From positions 26,724,001 to 26,788,000 of the forward strand of contig NC_087252.1 in assembly GCF_037042905.1 (NCBI RefSeq): a stretch of DNA of 64,000 nucleotides, given 5' to 3'. The position numbers were made by a program, and so were the translations under genes. Source of the DNA: Lytechinus pictus. Its lineage: Eukaryota. Position 1 is the first letter of the stretch, and every line of letters starts with the position of its first letter. The notes beneath the pieces were generated by a model that was not told the DNA's origin, searched no databases, and was given only the letters and a program-made list of their open reading frames with translations. Positions 1 to 12,360 of this stretch are shown in pieces.

Positions 1-172
1 TCTGTAATGGCATATAATTAATTTTTCAAGGCACCCTTATTCCCGATTATGATGACACATTCTTCTCGCCAGTAAGAAATATTCTCGTTGAATTAATTTC
101 GACTGCTTATAAAAGTGAGTTTCCGAATTTTGGTTCAAAAGGAGGCACGATTTTGGAAATCATTTTCTCCCC

Positions 173-269
173 CAAGCTTTACATTGGTAGGTCATTTGTC
201 TATTTATTTATGATTAAGTTATGATAAATCATCGCTAGATCTCGGTTTCGTTTTTTCTGGGACGCGATG
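173..269. mobile_element. Terminal fragment of Tc1/mariner-like MITE (same family as 54107-54880)
   Basis: aagctttacattggtaggtcatttgtc...ctcggtttcgttttttctgggacgc matches the TIR at ~54783-54880. Confidence 0.75.
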
Positions 270-376
270 TACATCGACCATCATTAATGATGGTGACAGT
301 GAAGACCTATCACGGTTTTATGGTTGTTTAAATGGGTTAGTTTTTACCCAAAAAATATTGGATTACCAAATTATTC

Positions 377-1048
377 AGTGAGCAAAAACAATTCGAAGAA
401 AGGATGCCAAAAACTCATTTGGCGGGGGGTATCTGAATTTCAAAAAGAAAATCACATGACTAAAAAGTTCAATATCTGCTCTTTTCTCTGATCATACCTT
501 AATCACAGAAAATGGTCAAGAAGTAAATAAGTTATGATCCCTCAAAACAATGCTTGTACTTCCATAATTTCATTAAATAAACGTGTTTTTACCGGTTTCC
601 CACAGAAGCTATCGCACAGTAACAAAAGACTTTATGCATGGCTGATCGTCAACAAAACGGAGTGTCGAGTGAGTTTGAACGCTAGCCTGTAAAACCTCTT
701 CATTTTATGAAATTATTGAAATTCAAGCCTTATTTCAAATAACCAGAACTTTGTTATTTCTTGACCATTTTCTGTAATTGAGGTATCAAACTAAAGAGCA
801 GATATTGAACCTTTTAGAAATGTGGTTTTCTTTTTAAAACCCAGATACGGCCCGCCAAGTGACTTTTTGGTATCCCCTTTTCAAATTGTTTTTGCTCACT
901 CATGCTTGAATGAGAAATAATCTAAGTAATACAGATGAAAGAGGAGATTCTAAGCTTTACATTGGTAGTCCATTTGTCTATTGTATTTGTGATTAAGTTA
1001 TGATAAATCATCGATAAATCTCGGTTTCGTTTTTTGTGGGACGCACTG
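377..1048. mobile_element. Left-truncated Tc1/mariner-like MITE
   Basis: Homologous to 54107-54880 in inverted orientation; ends gggacgcactg|TA. Confidence 0.8.
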
Positions 1049-1629
1049 TATATTGGTATCACCCCCTGTCCAACTGCTCGGACTACATTCCGATGTTGAA
1101 TAATAAGAAGCTATGAAAATTATAATTTTCTAAACAGTAATTACTACATCTAAATCCGCAGTGGTCATATGGCGTGATGTAATCTATGACGTTAAAATTG
1201 TGTATTCCCTTTTATTAGGCCTATATTTGCACGATTTGAAATATAGATCTCTTCGTCCTGCCTGTGGAATATGGATCTCTTCATTGAATCATAGAAGTAT
1301 TAATTTAATTTAAAAGCTTGTAAATTAAATTAGGAATATTTTGAAAACACATTAAAAAATTTAGCACATGGATAACCAAGTAACAACGATCCATTTGTTT
1401 GCCCAATTCAGTTAAAGAGGAACTCTTGTTCATTATACATGAACCCGTCATAGTGTCATCTTTATCAGGAAATTCAATCGAAAAGTGCCTACCCATTTCC
1501 GCATTAGATAAAGACAGATATAATTTCGTTTTTCTCTAAATATATCTCTTAACTCCATGGTCGTTCTATATTCTATATCATGTTATCGAAATTCAAATTA
1601 ATCCAAGAGGGGGGGGGGGGGTGTGTTAC

Positions 1630-2222
1630 ACCCACCAATGTAATAACACTTTACCCACAAATGTAATAACGCCCACAAATGTAATAATCGCCCACAAATG
1701 TAATAACACTTTACCCACAAATGTAATACAGTAATCGCCCACAAATGTAATAACGCTTTACCCACAAATGTAATAACGTCCACAAATGTAATAATCGCCC
1801 ACAAATGTAATAACACTTTACCCACAAATGTAATAACTCCCACAAATGTAATATAGTAATCGCCCACAAATGTAATAACGCTTTACCCACAAATGTAATA
1901 ACGTCCACAAATGTAATAATCGCCCACAAATGTAATAACACTTTACCCACAAATGTAATAATGCCCACAAATGTAATATAGTAATCGCCCACAAATGTAA
2001 TAACACTTTACCCACAAATGTAATAACGTCCACAAATGTAATAATCGCCCACAAATGTAATAACACTTTACCCACAAATGTAATAACTCCAACAAATGTA
2101 ATAACACTTTTCCCACAAATGTAATAATTTCACCCACAAATGTAATAATGCACTTTACCCACAAATGTAATAATTTTTGATCGCCCACAAATGTAATAAT
2201 GACTTGACCCACAAATGTAATA
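1630..2222 (+). repeat. Minisatellite, ~28 copies of a CCCACAAATGTAATAA core (left outer domain of the foldback element)
   Basis: Directly visible; the inverted counterpart (~9 copies) is at 12366-12560. Confidence 0.95.
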
Positions 2223-2534
2223 TAGTCCAGGATAGAAGAGGCACAACCTTGTTTTTTTTTATATATACAATATTTTTTTATGGTTTCTTGTCAATTCGAG
2301 GGTGCTGATTACGAATCTGGATGATGCCACTCGTGTAACCTTGAGCATTTTCCGCAAAGTGACAAAATCCAATATGGCCGCCAAAATATGCAAATTACCC
2401 ATGAAAATCATAAAATTGTCCGCCCATTGCAGTGAAATGCATACAATTTTGTGGCAGGAGTGAAATACAATCTTAAAAAATAATTTTTGACAAAATGTTT
2501 ATTTTAATTCCTGATATTCAAAATGGCCGCCATA

Positions 2535-2905
2535 ATTCCCTTCCTCTTCACATCAAATCATCCCCTAGTATTAATATTTTCAAATCTAAGATTGTTGATC
2601 TGTAGCACATGGACTCCGGTACCCCCCCCCATTCCCTGTTAGGTTTGCGCCCCTTAATTTTTTTTTCTTTTTTTTTCGATGTTTTATCTAAATATGTTTA
2701 CTGTTGATATTTGCATTTTCATTTATCTTCTGTACATCTGTTATTTTAATGTGGTTTATTGTGTCTAAATTATATGTTAATGTTAAATGTTATGGACCCC
2801 ACGGAAGACCAGCGTTACTGTGCCAGTCACGCTGAATGTGGGCTATCCACCGTATTTTATTGTATATAATTGTGCTTTTAATACGGAAATAAATACTACT
2901 ACTAC
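2535..2905 (+). mobile_element. 5'-truncated retroposon 3' end with AATAAA and (TAC)n tail
   Basis: Interrupts the left TIR of 2223-5597 (absent from the right TIR); ends aaataaatactactactac. Confidence 0.55.
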
Positions 2906-4868
2906 TAGGCCATTGTATACACTTTTGTGTACAATATGAATAGGCAAAACTAATTTTCACAAAAATGAGCACTAAACTGCAAAAAAATGCAATGTATGAA
3001 CGAATTAATATATGCAAATCATCATTACTAACGAGATATATCATTTATTATGTCATATATGGGAACATTGCTGTATTTTGATATCTAAAATCGCCGCCAC
3101 TGGCACAAACAGTATTGCGTACAATGGCAATGGGGCTGAACAAAATCACAAGAGTGATCACTAAAATGCTTATTATGAAGATTAAACGAGTGGAAAACTG
3201 AATAAAAACATAATTGTTAACGAAATATATTATTAATATGCCATGCATGTGATGAATGTTGTATTTTGATATTCAAAATGGCTGCCAAAGGCCATACAAG
3301 TATTATGCACAATGAGAAATTGGAGAAAAAAATCACAAGAGTGAGCACTAAAATGCATATATATGTAAAAAAATTAATTGGATACTGTCTAAAAACGTAT
3401 TTTCTAACGAAATATATCATTCAGGTTTCAAGTTTGTGTTAAATATTGTATTTTGACTTTCAAAATGGCCGCCATCGACATCAACTGTATTATGTACAAT
3501 GCAAAGTGGGAAACCAATATTCACAGGAGTGAGCACCATAAATGCACCTAATTGTGATCTATGAGTAAAATATTGTCTGAAAGCATAATTTCTATTACGA
3601 TATATCATTTATTCTGCCAGTTAGGTGGTAAATACCATTATTTTAAAGTCAAAATGGCCACTAAATGCCCCTACGGTATTATGCACAATATGAATGGGAA
3701 CAAATCATTTCAACAGAATTTGGCTTTGCTTGGTCAAATGGTGATGTATGGGTGGAATATTGTCTGTAAACATGATTTATAACAAAATATATCATATCTT
3801 ATGTAATTTAGGTGATAAATACTGTTTTTCAACATTCAAAATGGCTGCCATATGCCCTTTTTGTGAACATTATTTGTCATCACCCAAATTGTATATTATA
3901 CGATAAGTGCCTATGGTGGCCATTTTCAATTTAAAAATGCAGCATTTATCACCTTGATTACACAACATTATGATATATCTCGTTAGAAACCATTACTTTA
4001 GACAATAATTCACCCTTACATCACAATTCACAATTGTATGCAATATTTAGAGTCAAGCATAGCCGAATTCTGTCAAAATGATATGTCCCATGTTACAATG
4101 TACATAATACTTATAGGACCTATGGCAGCCATTTTGGATTTCAAACTACAAAATTTATTACCTCCACCATAACCACGACCATTATGTGATGTATATAGAT
4201 ATAAATAATGTTTAAGACAGCATCTTTACTCGTACATCAATATATGCATTTTATGATTCTCACTCTTGTGAAAATTAGTTTCCCTGTTCGCATGTTACAT
4301 AATTTAGTTAGGGCTTGTAGAGGTTATTTTAAATGTAAAAAATACAGTATTTATCACCTAGGAATGCGGAAAAAAAAACGTTTTCAAATAACGTTTTACT
4401 CATACAACAGGATTATAATTATGGATGTCATAGTCAAGCAAATCCAAGTTCTTACAACATATGTGCCAATTCACATTGTAGATAATATTAGGACCTATAG
4501 GGGCCATTATGAATTTCATAATACAGTATTTAATTTCATGCATGACAAAATAAATGATATGTCTTGCTATAAAACATGTTGTCAGACAATATTTAACTCT
4601 TAGATCACAATTACATGTATTTTATGTCTCTTACTCGTGTGAAAATTAGTTTCTCCATTTGCATTATAGGCTACATGATGAATATAGGGGCTATAGCGTC
4701 CATTTTGAATTTCAAAATACAGCATTTATCATATAAATGGCATATTAACAATTATGTTTTTAGTCAGTATTCCACTCGTTTATCCTAATGATATGCATTT
4801 AAGTCCTCAATCTTGTCATTTTTTTGCCCGGCCATTGCCTTTGTACATAATACTCTTTGGGCCAGTGG

Positions 4869-5082
4869 TAGTCCAGATTGGACCTTGTTGTTTGGAAGTG
4901 CTTTTTCCCAAAGCTAACATAGAGGGCACATGTCTCCCAATCTCTAATCAGCGCCAATCCACTCATCTTTGTTGGGGAGGGAAGATGAGTGGATTGGCGC
5001 TGATTAGAGATTGGGAGACATGTGCCCTCTATGTTAGCTTTGGGAAAAAGCACTTCCAAACAACAAGGTCCAATCTGGACTA
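4869..5082. mobile_element. 214-bp hairpin MITE, AcademH-like
   Basis: 101-bp inverted arms (4869-4969, 4982-5082), TAG...CTA termini, 9-bp TSD GGCCAGTGG; an empty site is visible at 41900-41908. Confidence 0.9.
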
Positions 5083-6394
5083 GGCCAGTGGCGGCTATTT
5101 TAGATATCAAAATACAGCAATGTTCCCATATGTGACATAATAAATGATATATCTCGTTAGTAATGATGATTTGCATATATTACTGCGTTCATACATCGCG
5201 ATTTTTACAGTTTAGTGGTCATTTTTGTGAAAATTAGTTTTCCCTATTCATATTATACACAATAGTGTATACAATGGTCTATGGCGGCCATTTTGAATAT
5301 CAGGAAAATAAACATTTTGTCAAAAATTATTTTTTAAGATTGTATTTCACTCCTGCCACACAATTTCATGCATTTCACAGCCAATGTGCGGACAATTTTA
5401 TGATTTTCATGGGTAATTTGCATATTTTGGCGGCCATATTGGATTTTGCCAATTTGCGGAAAATGCTCAAGGTTACACGAGTGGCATCATCCAGATTCGT
5501 AATCAGCACCCTCGAATTGACAAGAAACCATAAAAAAATATTGTATATATAAAAAAACAAGGTTTGGTCAATTTTCTATGTGGCCTATCCTGGACTAATA
5601 CATTTGAAGGGATTTTGGCGAATCCGTTCTGAAATAAATCCTATCGTAATACGTTCATACAGCACAAAAGTGCAAAGTCTTTTTTCCAGACCTGATTATT
5701 TTAAAAATTGTTTTAAAATGTCTTTGTTGTTGTTTGAAATTATACGGCGCATATTGTGAATGTATGCGCTAGGAGTAAATTGAGAATCAAGTATAGTCTT
5801 TTTCCAGACCCGCTAACTAAATATAAAACACTATATAGTAATGCATTCATATAGCACAAAAGTGCAAAGTCTTTTTTCCAGACCCGGATGTTTTAAAAAT
5901 TATTATATAAGTCCAAACTAAGATACAATAATGATATTCCAGTGGAATAAAAATGAGAATCGAGCTTAGTCTTTTCTCCAGACCCAGTTAATTAAAACTG
6001 GTGGAATTAATGTCTTTGTTGTTGTTTTAACTTATACGGCGCGTATTGTAAATATATGCGTGAAGAGTAAATTGAGAATCAAGTATAGTCTTTTCTCCAG
6101 ACCTGGTAACTAAAAACTAAAACCAAAAAGTGATGCGTTCATATAGCACAAAAGTGCAAAGTCTTTTTTCCAGACCAGGAAGTTTAAAAAGTGATAATAT
6201 AAGTCCAAAGTCTTTTTTCCAGACCCGGTTGTTAAAAAAAATTATAATATAAGTCCAAAGTCTTTTTTCCAGACCCGGTTATTTCAAAAATTATAATATA
6301 AGTCCAAACTAAGATACGATAATGATATTTCAGTGGAATAAAATGAGAATCGAGCTTAGTCTTTTCTCCAGACCCAGTTAATTAAAACTGGTAG

Positions 6395-6538
6395 AGAGGA
6401 AAATCGAGGTTTCATACATGTACTGGAAGTTAAGATGGAGGAGAACCAGAAGGCCATGGAGAAGCTTCAAAACATGAGCAGCTGGATACCCTGAAGAGAG
6501 CGAACAACGATCTTGAGCAGTATTCCCGCCGCAACTGT
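6395..6538 (+). mobile_element. LINE ORF1 fragment (coiled coil plus LEQYSRRN motif), frameshifted
   Basis: Translates as EENRGFIHVLEVKMEENQKAMEKLQ / HEQLDTLKRANNDLEQYSRRNC. LEQYSRRxN typically precedes the RRM of CR1/L2-group ORF1 proteins. Confidence 0.6.
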
Positions 6539-6925
6539 ACTTTCTCACAATGCCACTCTTGATATGCGGCACCTTTTAATCGGGTCAAGATCACACTTTT
6601 CCCACCAAGGTACAAGACGAGATTTCTGAAATTTTGTACTTGCATGAATTCCAGAGTTCTGATTGGCTGGATAAGGTTCACAGAACAACAGGCGCGGGGT
6701 ATTTGAGGAGATTACCACATGGGAAGTGTGACCTTCCCACGAACCCAGGCACTGGAATCATTGGAATTTGCCATTGTGTGGTCTTTTTGACCAATCAGAG
6801 TGCAGTATTCTTGTTTTCAAGCTGCTTTATGTACTTGACAAATGAAAAATGTGATCTTGACCCGATTAAACCAATTCTTATTTTGAAACCTATATCATTT
6901 CAGTGCCATGAGAAGGGATTATGCA
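6535..6925 (-). mobile_element. Internal fragment of the dispersed repeat family also at 52202-53287 and 43258-44005
   Basis: Near-identical inverted match to ~52540-52927, also evident from the near-identical spurious ORFs 6634+ and 52828-. Confidence 0.85.
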
Positions 6926-7489
6926 GATAGATTAGGGACCGTTATATACTGTTATGGGTCAAGGGATATATATAGTCCAAAACATTGATGCCTGTGCCGA
7001 TCCCAGTTCTCATTGGCTTGTTCTATTATTATATTTATCATGTTCACTTTTTATATGGCCATGTATAATGCATTGGTATTGGCCTTCACTGTATATACAC
7101 TGCATCAGTATGATTGGTTGGAAGTAGTTTGAATAAAATGGGAGCTATAGAGCCCCAATATAGTTGCACTGCAAGATTATGCTCTCCGTGTCGTCAATGG
7201 TTTAGCACCTATGTCATACACCATGCGTGGATCTCAGCCCCACTGTTGCTTTGTGGACCGCTCGCTACCAAGAGAGGGATTGATCGAGAGAGAAGCGCCC
7301 CGTACCCCATTTTCCCAGTACTACCCATAACCCCTCGAACTATAGTTGATATAAAAGAGAGAGAAGGATTGGAAAGCCCATGTGAACCACACCCCCACCT
7401 CTATTTTCGCCACACTGGGGCAGCGGTGGGATTGAAGAGCCCCCGTGAAGCACATCTCCTCTCCCCCCTTCCCTCCATTTTCGCCACAA

Positions 7490-8405
7490 TATATATATTA
7501 ATGGCAACTTAATCCAACATGTAAATACTACACAATTTTTAGGAATTAGTATAGACAAGGATTTAAAATGGAAGACACATGTTTATGAGGTTTTAAGGAA
7601 AGTTTCCAAAACAATAGGAATAATGAGTAAACTTAAAGACATTTTACCACAAAATATTCTTCTTACATTGTATAATTCATTGATTTTACCTTACATATCT
7701 TATTGCAATATTGTTTGGGGATCCTGCAAGCAACACTTACTGAACCGCATCTTTCTTCTTCAAAAGAGAGCAGTTCGTATAATATGCCATAAACCCTATT
7801 TAAGTCATAGCAGACCTCTTTTCTTGAAATTAAATATACTCCCAATTTCTTTACTACATGATTTTCAATTATCTGTTTTTATGTATTCCTATTATAACAA
7901 CCTTTTGCCTAATAATTTTGACAACATTTTTCAAACCAATAGAGATATACATACATATAATACTAGAAACTCAGCTGATACTCGTGCAATATATGGCCAT
8001 TATTCTTTCTCAAACAACATATTTTTATGTAGGGGTCCCATTATTTGGAATAAGATCCCTCAAAATATCAAGCAGTGCAAAACCCTTCAAAGCTTTAAAA
8101 GACATTTAAAAATACATTTTATGCAGAAAGTCTAATACTAATAGTAATACTGATATAGATACAATTGTATACTTTTGTTATGTTTGTTGTTCTGTATTTC
8201 CTGACTGCATTTTTTTTAAATTGTGTTGTTTTGTGTTAATTTCAGGATCACTAACTTATAAGTTCCTTGTAACTTTTCAGTGATCCTTCCACTATTCTTA
8301 AATATACTAATTTTTGTTATAATGTATTTTATTGAAATATTTATACTTCTTGATTTGTATGTTTTTTATGAAGATTGTGGTAAATAAAGTTTCAATTTCA
8401 ATTTC
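7490..8405 (+). mobile_element. 3' end of CR1/L2-group LINE (RT C-terminus, 3' UTR, (TTTCAA)n tail)
   Basis: FLGISIDKDLKWKTH...LYNSLILPYISYCNIVWG...LQKRAVRII in and upstream of ORF 7623-8135; AATAAA followed by tttcaatttcaatttca. Confidence 0.88.
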
Positions 8406-10714
8406 AATGTCTTTGTTGTTGTTTTAACTTATACGGCGCGTATTGTGAATATATGCGCTAAGAGTAAATTGAGAATCAAGCGTAGTCTTTTCTTCAGACC
8501 CGGTTACTTAGAGCTAAAAACTAAAACCCATTACCCACAAATGTAATAATGACTTTTCCCACAAATGTTATTAATTTGATTTTTTTTTTGGCGAATCTGT
8601 TCTAAACTAAAACCTTATAGTAATGCGTTCATATAGGACAAAGTCCCAGTCTTTTTTCTCCAGACCTGGTTATATAAAACATTTAAACAATCTTCCAAAT
8701 AAAGATCCCAAAATGAATTCTTCTTAATGTTGAATAACATAGAAGTTTAGCACATTCTTTCCTCCAGACCCAAATATTTCAAATAGCAAATAAAAAATAA
8801 TAAATTATGATTTAAAAGAATAACAAAGATCCCACGATCTTATCAATGTTGGACAAAATGTAAATATAGCATAGTCTTTCCTCCAGGCCAAGTTATAAAA
8901 AATCATAAAAAAAACAACAACAACCAAAAACAGACCCCACAATCTTTTCAACATTGAATAGCATCGAAGCCCCGGTTATTTCAAAATAGCAAATCATAAA
9001 GAACAATATTAACAAAGACCCCAAAATCTTATTGATATTGAATAACGTTGTTGTTTTAGCTTATACCGCGCGTATCATTTAGTAGTGAATATTTGCGCCA
9101 AACATTTAAATAAAGCGTAGTCTTACCTCTAGACCCAGTTATAAAAATCATTAAAAATACAACAACAACAACAACAAACAAAGACCTTATCAACATTGAA
9201 TAGCATGGAAATATGGTGTAGTCTTTGCTCCAGACCCAGTTATTTCATAGTAGGAAATTATGAGAAACAATAAAAACAAACAAACAATATTAACAAAGAC
9301 CCTATAATATCATTGATGTAGAATAACGTTGTTGTTGTTTTTATCTTGGGGGTTAAGGCGCGTATCATTCAGATATGAATATTTACGCCTATGATTAATT
9401 TGTTGTTTTTGTGGTATGCGTTATCACAGGGTTTTTATAGTTTGGAAGATGCTGGGGTCTAAGTTTTAAGATTAATGTTTTGCTTAATTTGTATCTTTAA
9501 GAGAACTTGGTGTGGGGTAAAGACAACAATCTAAACCCAAGCATTTTAACTGGGTTTAATTTTGAAGAATGGTCCTAGCTTTGATTTTTTTCTCAATATT
9601 TGTTTATCTTTTAAATAACCGGTACTAGACGAAAGACTAAGCATAATACTCGTGTTATTCATCAGGAATAAGAATATGACAAAGTCTTATGTTTTTAAGA
9701 GCGTTTGAATTATTATTTAAATGACTGGGTCTGGAAAAAAGACAAAGGTCCAAAAATGTGCATCCTAGGTTTTACTTGTATATACTAGTAGGCCTATATA
9801 ACATATTTTCAGTAAAAACCCCGGTTTTACATTGTGAGACACACCTACTCGACTTTAAATCCTAGTATCCTAGTAAGGAAAAATAAATAAATATTTGAAT
9901 TTTACTTTACTTATTTACCTTTTTTTCTAAGAAAACAAACTATAATAATATAATATTTATGACGGCGAAAATAGTCAAATTTGACTGGTTGCCAAATAAA
10001 AATAAGAACCCCCTCGTTTTTCTATATGGTCTTAGTTTGGAGGATTGTTGGTTCTTAGATTCGTAGTTGGGGATTGGGTTTTATTGCTTTTTTTCTTGAA
10101 ATATCTATGTCTGGAGGAAAGTCTACAATCGATCTTCACGTTATTCCACAGTAATTAGATTATTGGGTATTCGTTTTAGAATATTTGTAAGAACTATTTT
10201 AGTTTTTTCAAACAATAACCAAGTCTGGAGGAAGGATGTTTGCGTTACCAATACATTATTACAATGTTTTGTAGGGGTCTTAGTATAAAAAAAAATGGTG
10301 TGTGTGGTAAAGACATTTTTTTTTACTGGGTGTAACTTTTGAAGATTGGTCTTAGAGTTGAAGATTTTTAAATTCATTTTTTTTAATGGAGGAAAGAGTA
10401 TGTTTTAAAACTCGTGTTATTCCACAAGAATAAGAATATGATAGGGTCTTACGTTAGATTTTTTCGAATCTTTTTAATGATTAGGTCTGGAATAAAGACA
10501 ACGCTCTGAACCTCTTTTTAAAACAGGTTCTTAGGTTGAAGGATTGTTGGGTCTTATATTTGGATTTTTTTAATTACTATTAGCGTTATTTTGAAAATAA
10601 ATAACTGGGTCTGACTGAAAGACTACGCTATATGTCCGTGTTATCCAGCATTAACAAGATTATGGGGTCTTTATACTGTTTTTGTTGTTGTTGTATTATT
10701 ATTTATAATTTTTG

Positions 10715-12360
10715 AATAACCGGGTTTGGAGAAAAGACTAAGCTCGATTTTCATTTTTATTCCACTGGAATATCATTATGGTATCTTAGTTTGGACTTAT
10801 ATTTTAATTTTTTAAAGAACCGGTTCTGGAAAAAAGACTTTGGACTTATATTATGATTTTTGAATTAACCGGGTCTGAAAAAAGATTGCACTTTTGTGCT
10901 ATATGAACGCATTACTATAGGGTTTTAGTTTTTAGTAACCGGGTCTGTAGAATAGACTATGCTTGATTCTCAATTTACTCTTAGCGCATATATTCACAAT
11001 ACGCGCCGTATAAGTTAAAGCAACAATAAAGACATTTATTCCACCAGTTTTAATTAACTGGGTCTGGAGAAAAGAATAAGCTCGATTCTCATTTTTATTC
11101 CACTGGAATATCATTATCGTATCTTAGTTTGGACTTATATTGACATTTTAAAAATAATCGGGTCTGGAAAAAAGACTTTGGACTTATATTATAATATAAT
11201 TTTTGAATTAACTGGGTCTGGAAAAGGACTTTGGACTTTTGTGCCATATGAACCAATTACTATAGGGTTTTAGTTTTTAGTTTTAAATAACCGGGTCTGG
11301 AGAAAAAGACTACGCTTGATTCTCAATTGACTCTTAGCGCATGATTACAATATGCGCCGAATAAGTTAAAACAACAACAAAGACATTAAATCCACCAGTT
11401 TTAATTAACTGGGTCTGGAGAAAAGACTAAGCTCGATTCTCATTTTTATTCCACTGGAATATCATTATCGTATCTTAGTTTGGACTTATATTAGAATTTT
11501 AAAAATAATCGGGTCTGGAAAAATGACTTTGGACTTATATTATAATTTTTGAATTAACTGGGTCTGGAAAAGGACTTTGGACTTTTGTGCCATATGAACC
11601 AATTAATATAGGGTTTTAGTTTTTTAGTTTTAAATAACCGGGTCTGGAGAAAAAGACTACGCTTGATTCTCAATTGACTCTAAGCGCATGATTACAATAT
11701 GCGCCGTATTAGTTAAAACAAGAACAAAGACATTAATTCGACCAGTTTTAATTAACTGGGTCTGGAGAAGAGATTAAGCTCGATTCTCATTTTTATTCCA
11801 TTGGAATATCATTATCGTATCTTAGTTTGGACTTATATTATAATTTTTGAAATAACTGGGTCTGGAGAAAAAGACTACGCTTGATTCTCAATTTACTCTT
11901 AGCGCATATATTCACAATACGCGCCGTATGAGTTAAAACAACAACAAAGACATTAATTCCACCAGTTTTAATTAACTGGGTCTGGAGAAGAGACTAAGCT
12001 CGATTCTCATTTTTATCCCACTGGAATATCATTATCGTATCTTAGTTTGGACTTGTATTATAATTTTTGTAATAACCGGGTCTGGAAAAAAAGACTTTGG
12101 ACTGAAATTATAATTTTTGAAACAACCAGGTCTGGAAAAAAGACTTTGGACTATATTATAATTTTTGAAACAACAGGGTCTGGAAAAAATACTTTGGACT
12201 ATATTATAATTTTTGAAACAACAGGGTCTGGAAAAAAGACTTTGGACTATATTCTAATTTTTGAAACAACCGGGTCCGGAAAAAAGACTTTGCACTTTTG
12301 TGCTATATGAACGCATTACTATAGGATTTTAGTTTAGAACGGATTCGCCAAAAATCCCTT
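10715..12360 (-). repeat. Right inner domain: hierarchical repeats (GGTCTGGAAAAAAGACT motif, ~49-bp and ~350-bp periods)
   Basis: accagttttaattaactgggtctgg recurs near 11043, 11394, 11741 and 11961; inverted relative to 5600-6393 and 8406-8530. Confidence 0.9.

Larger units (their letters stand above)
2223..5597. mobile_element. Non-autonomous Academ-like DNA transposon with long TIRs
   Basis: Termini TAGTCCAGGATAG...CTATCCTGGACTA with a 3-bp ATA duplication. Several hundred bp of inverted similarity (2245-2535 vs 5280-5562). It splits the foldback outer/inner junction that is intact in the right arm. Confidence 0.85.

Noticed and set aside
1598..2212. CRISPR-like array and repetitive ORFs (LLHLW/ITFVG)
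   Set aside because: The spacers are only a few bp and are themselves repeated, there are no cas genes, and the context is eukaryotic. It is a transposon terminal minisatellite and the ORFs are by-products.
4754..5176. Overlapping antisense ORFs with the same peptide
   Set aside because: An artefact of the perfect hairpin MITE.
12047..12310. ORF with repeated TGSGK resembling a P-loop
   Set aside because: It is the translation of the ~49-bp tandem repeat in the foldback arm.
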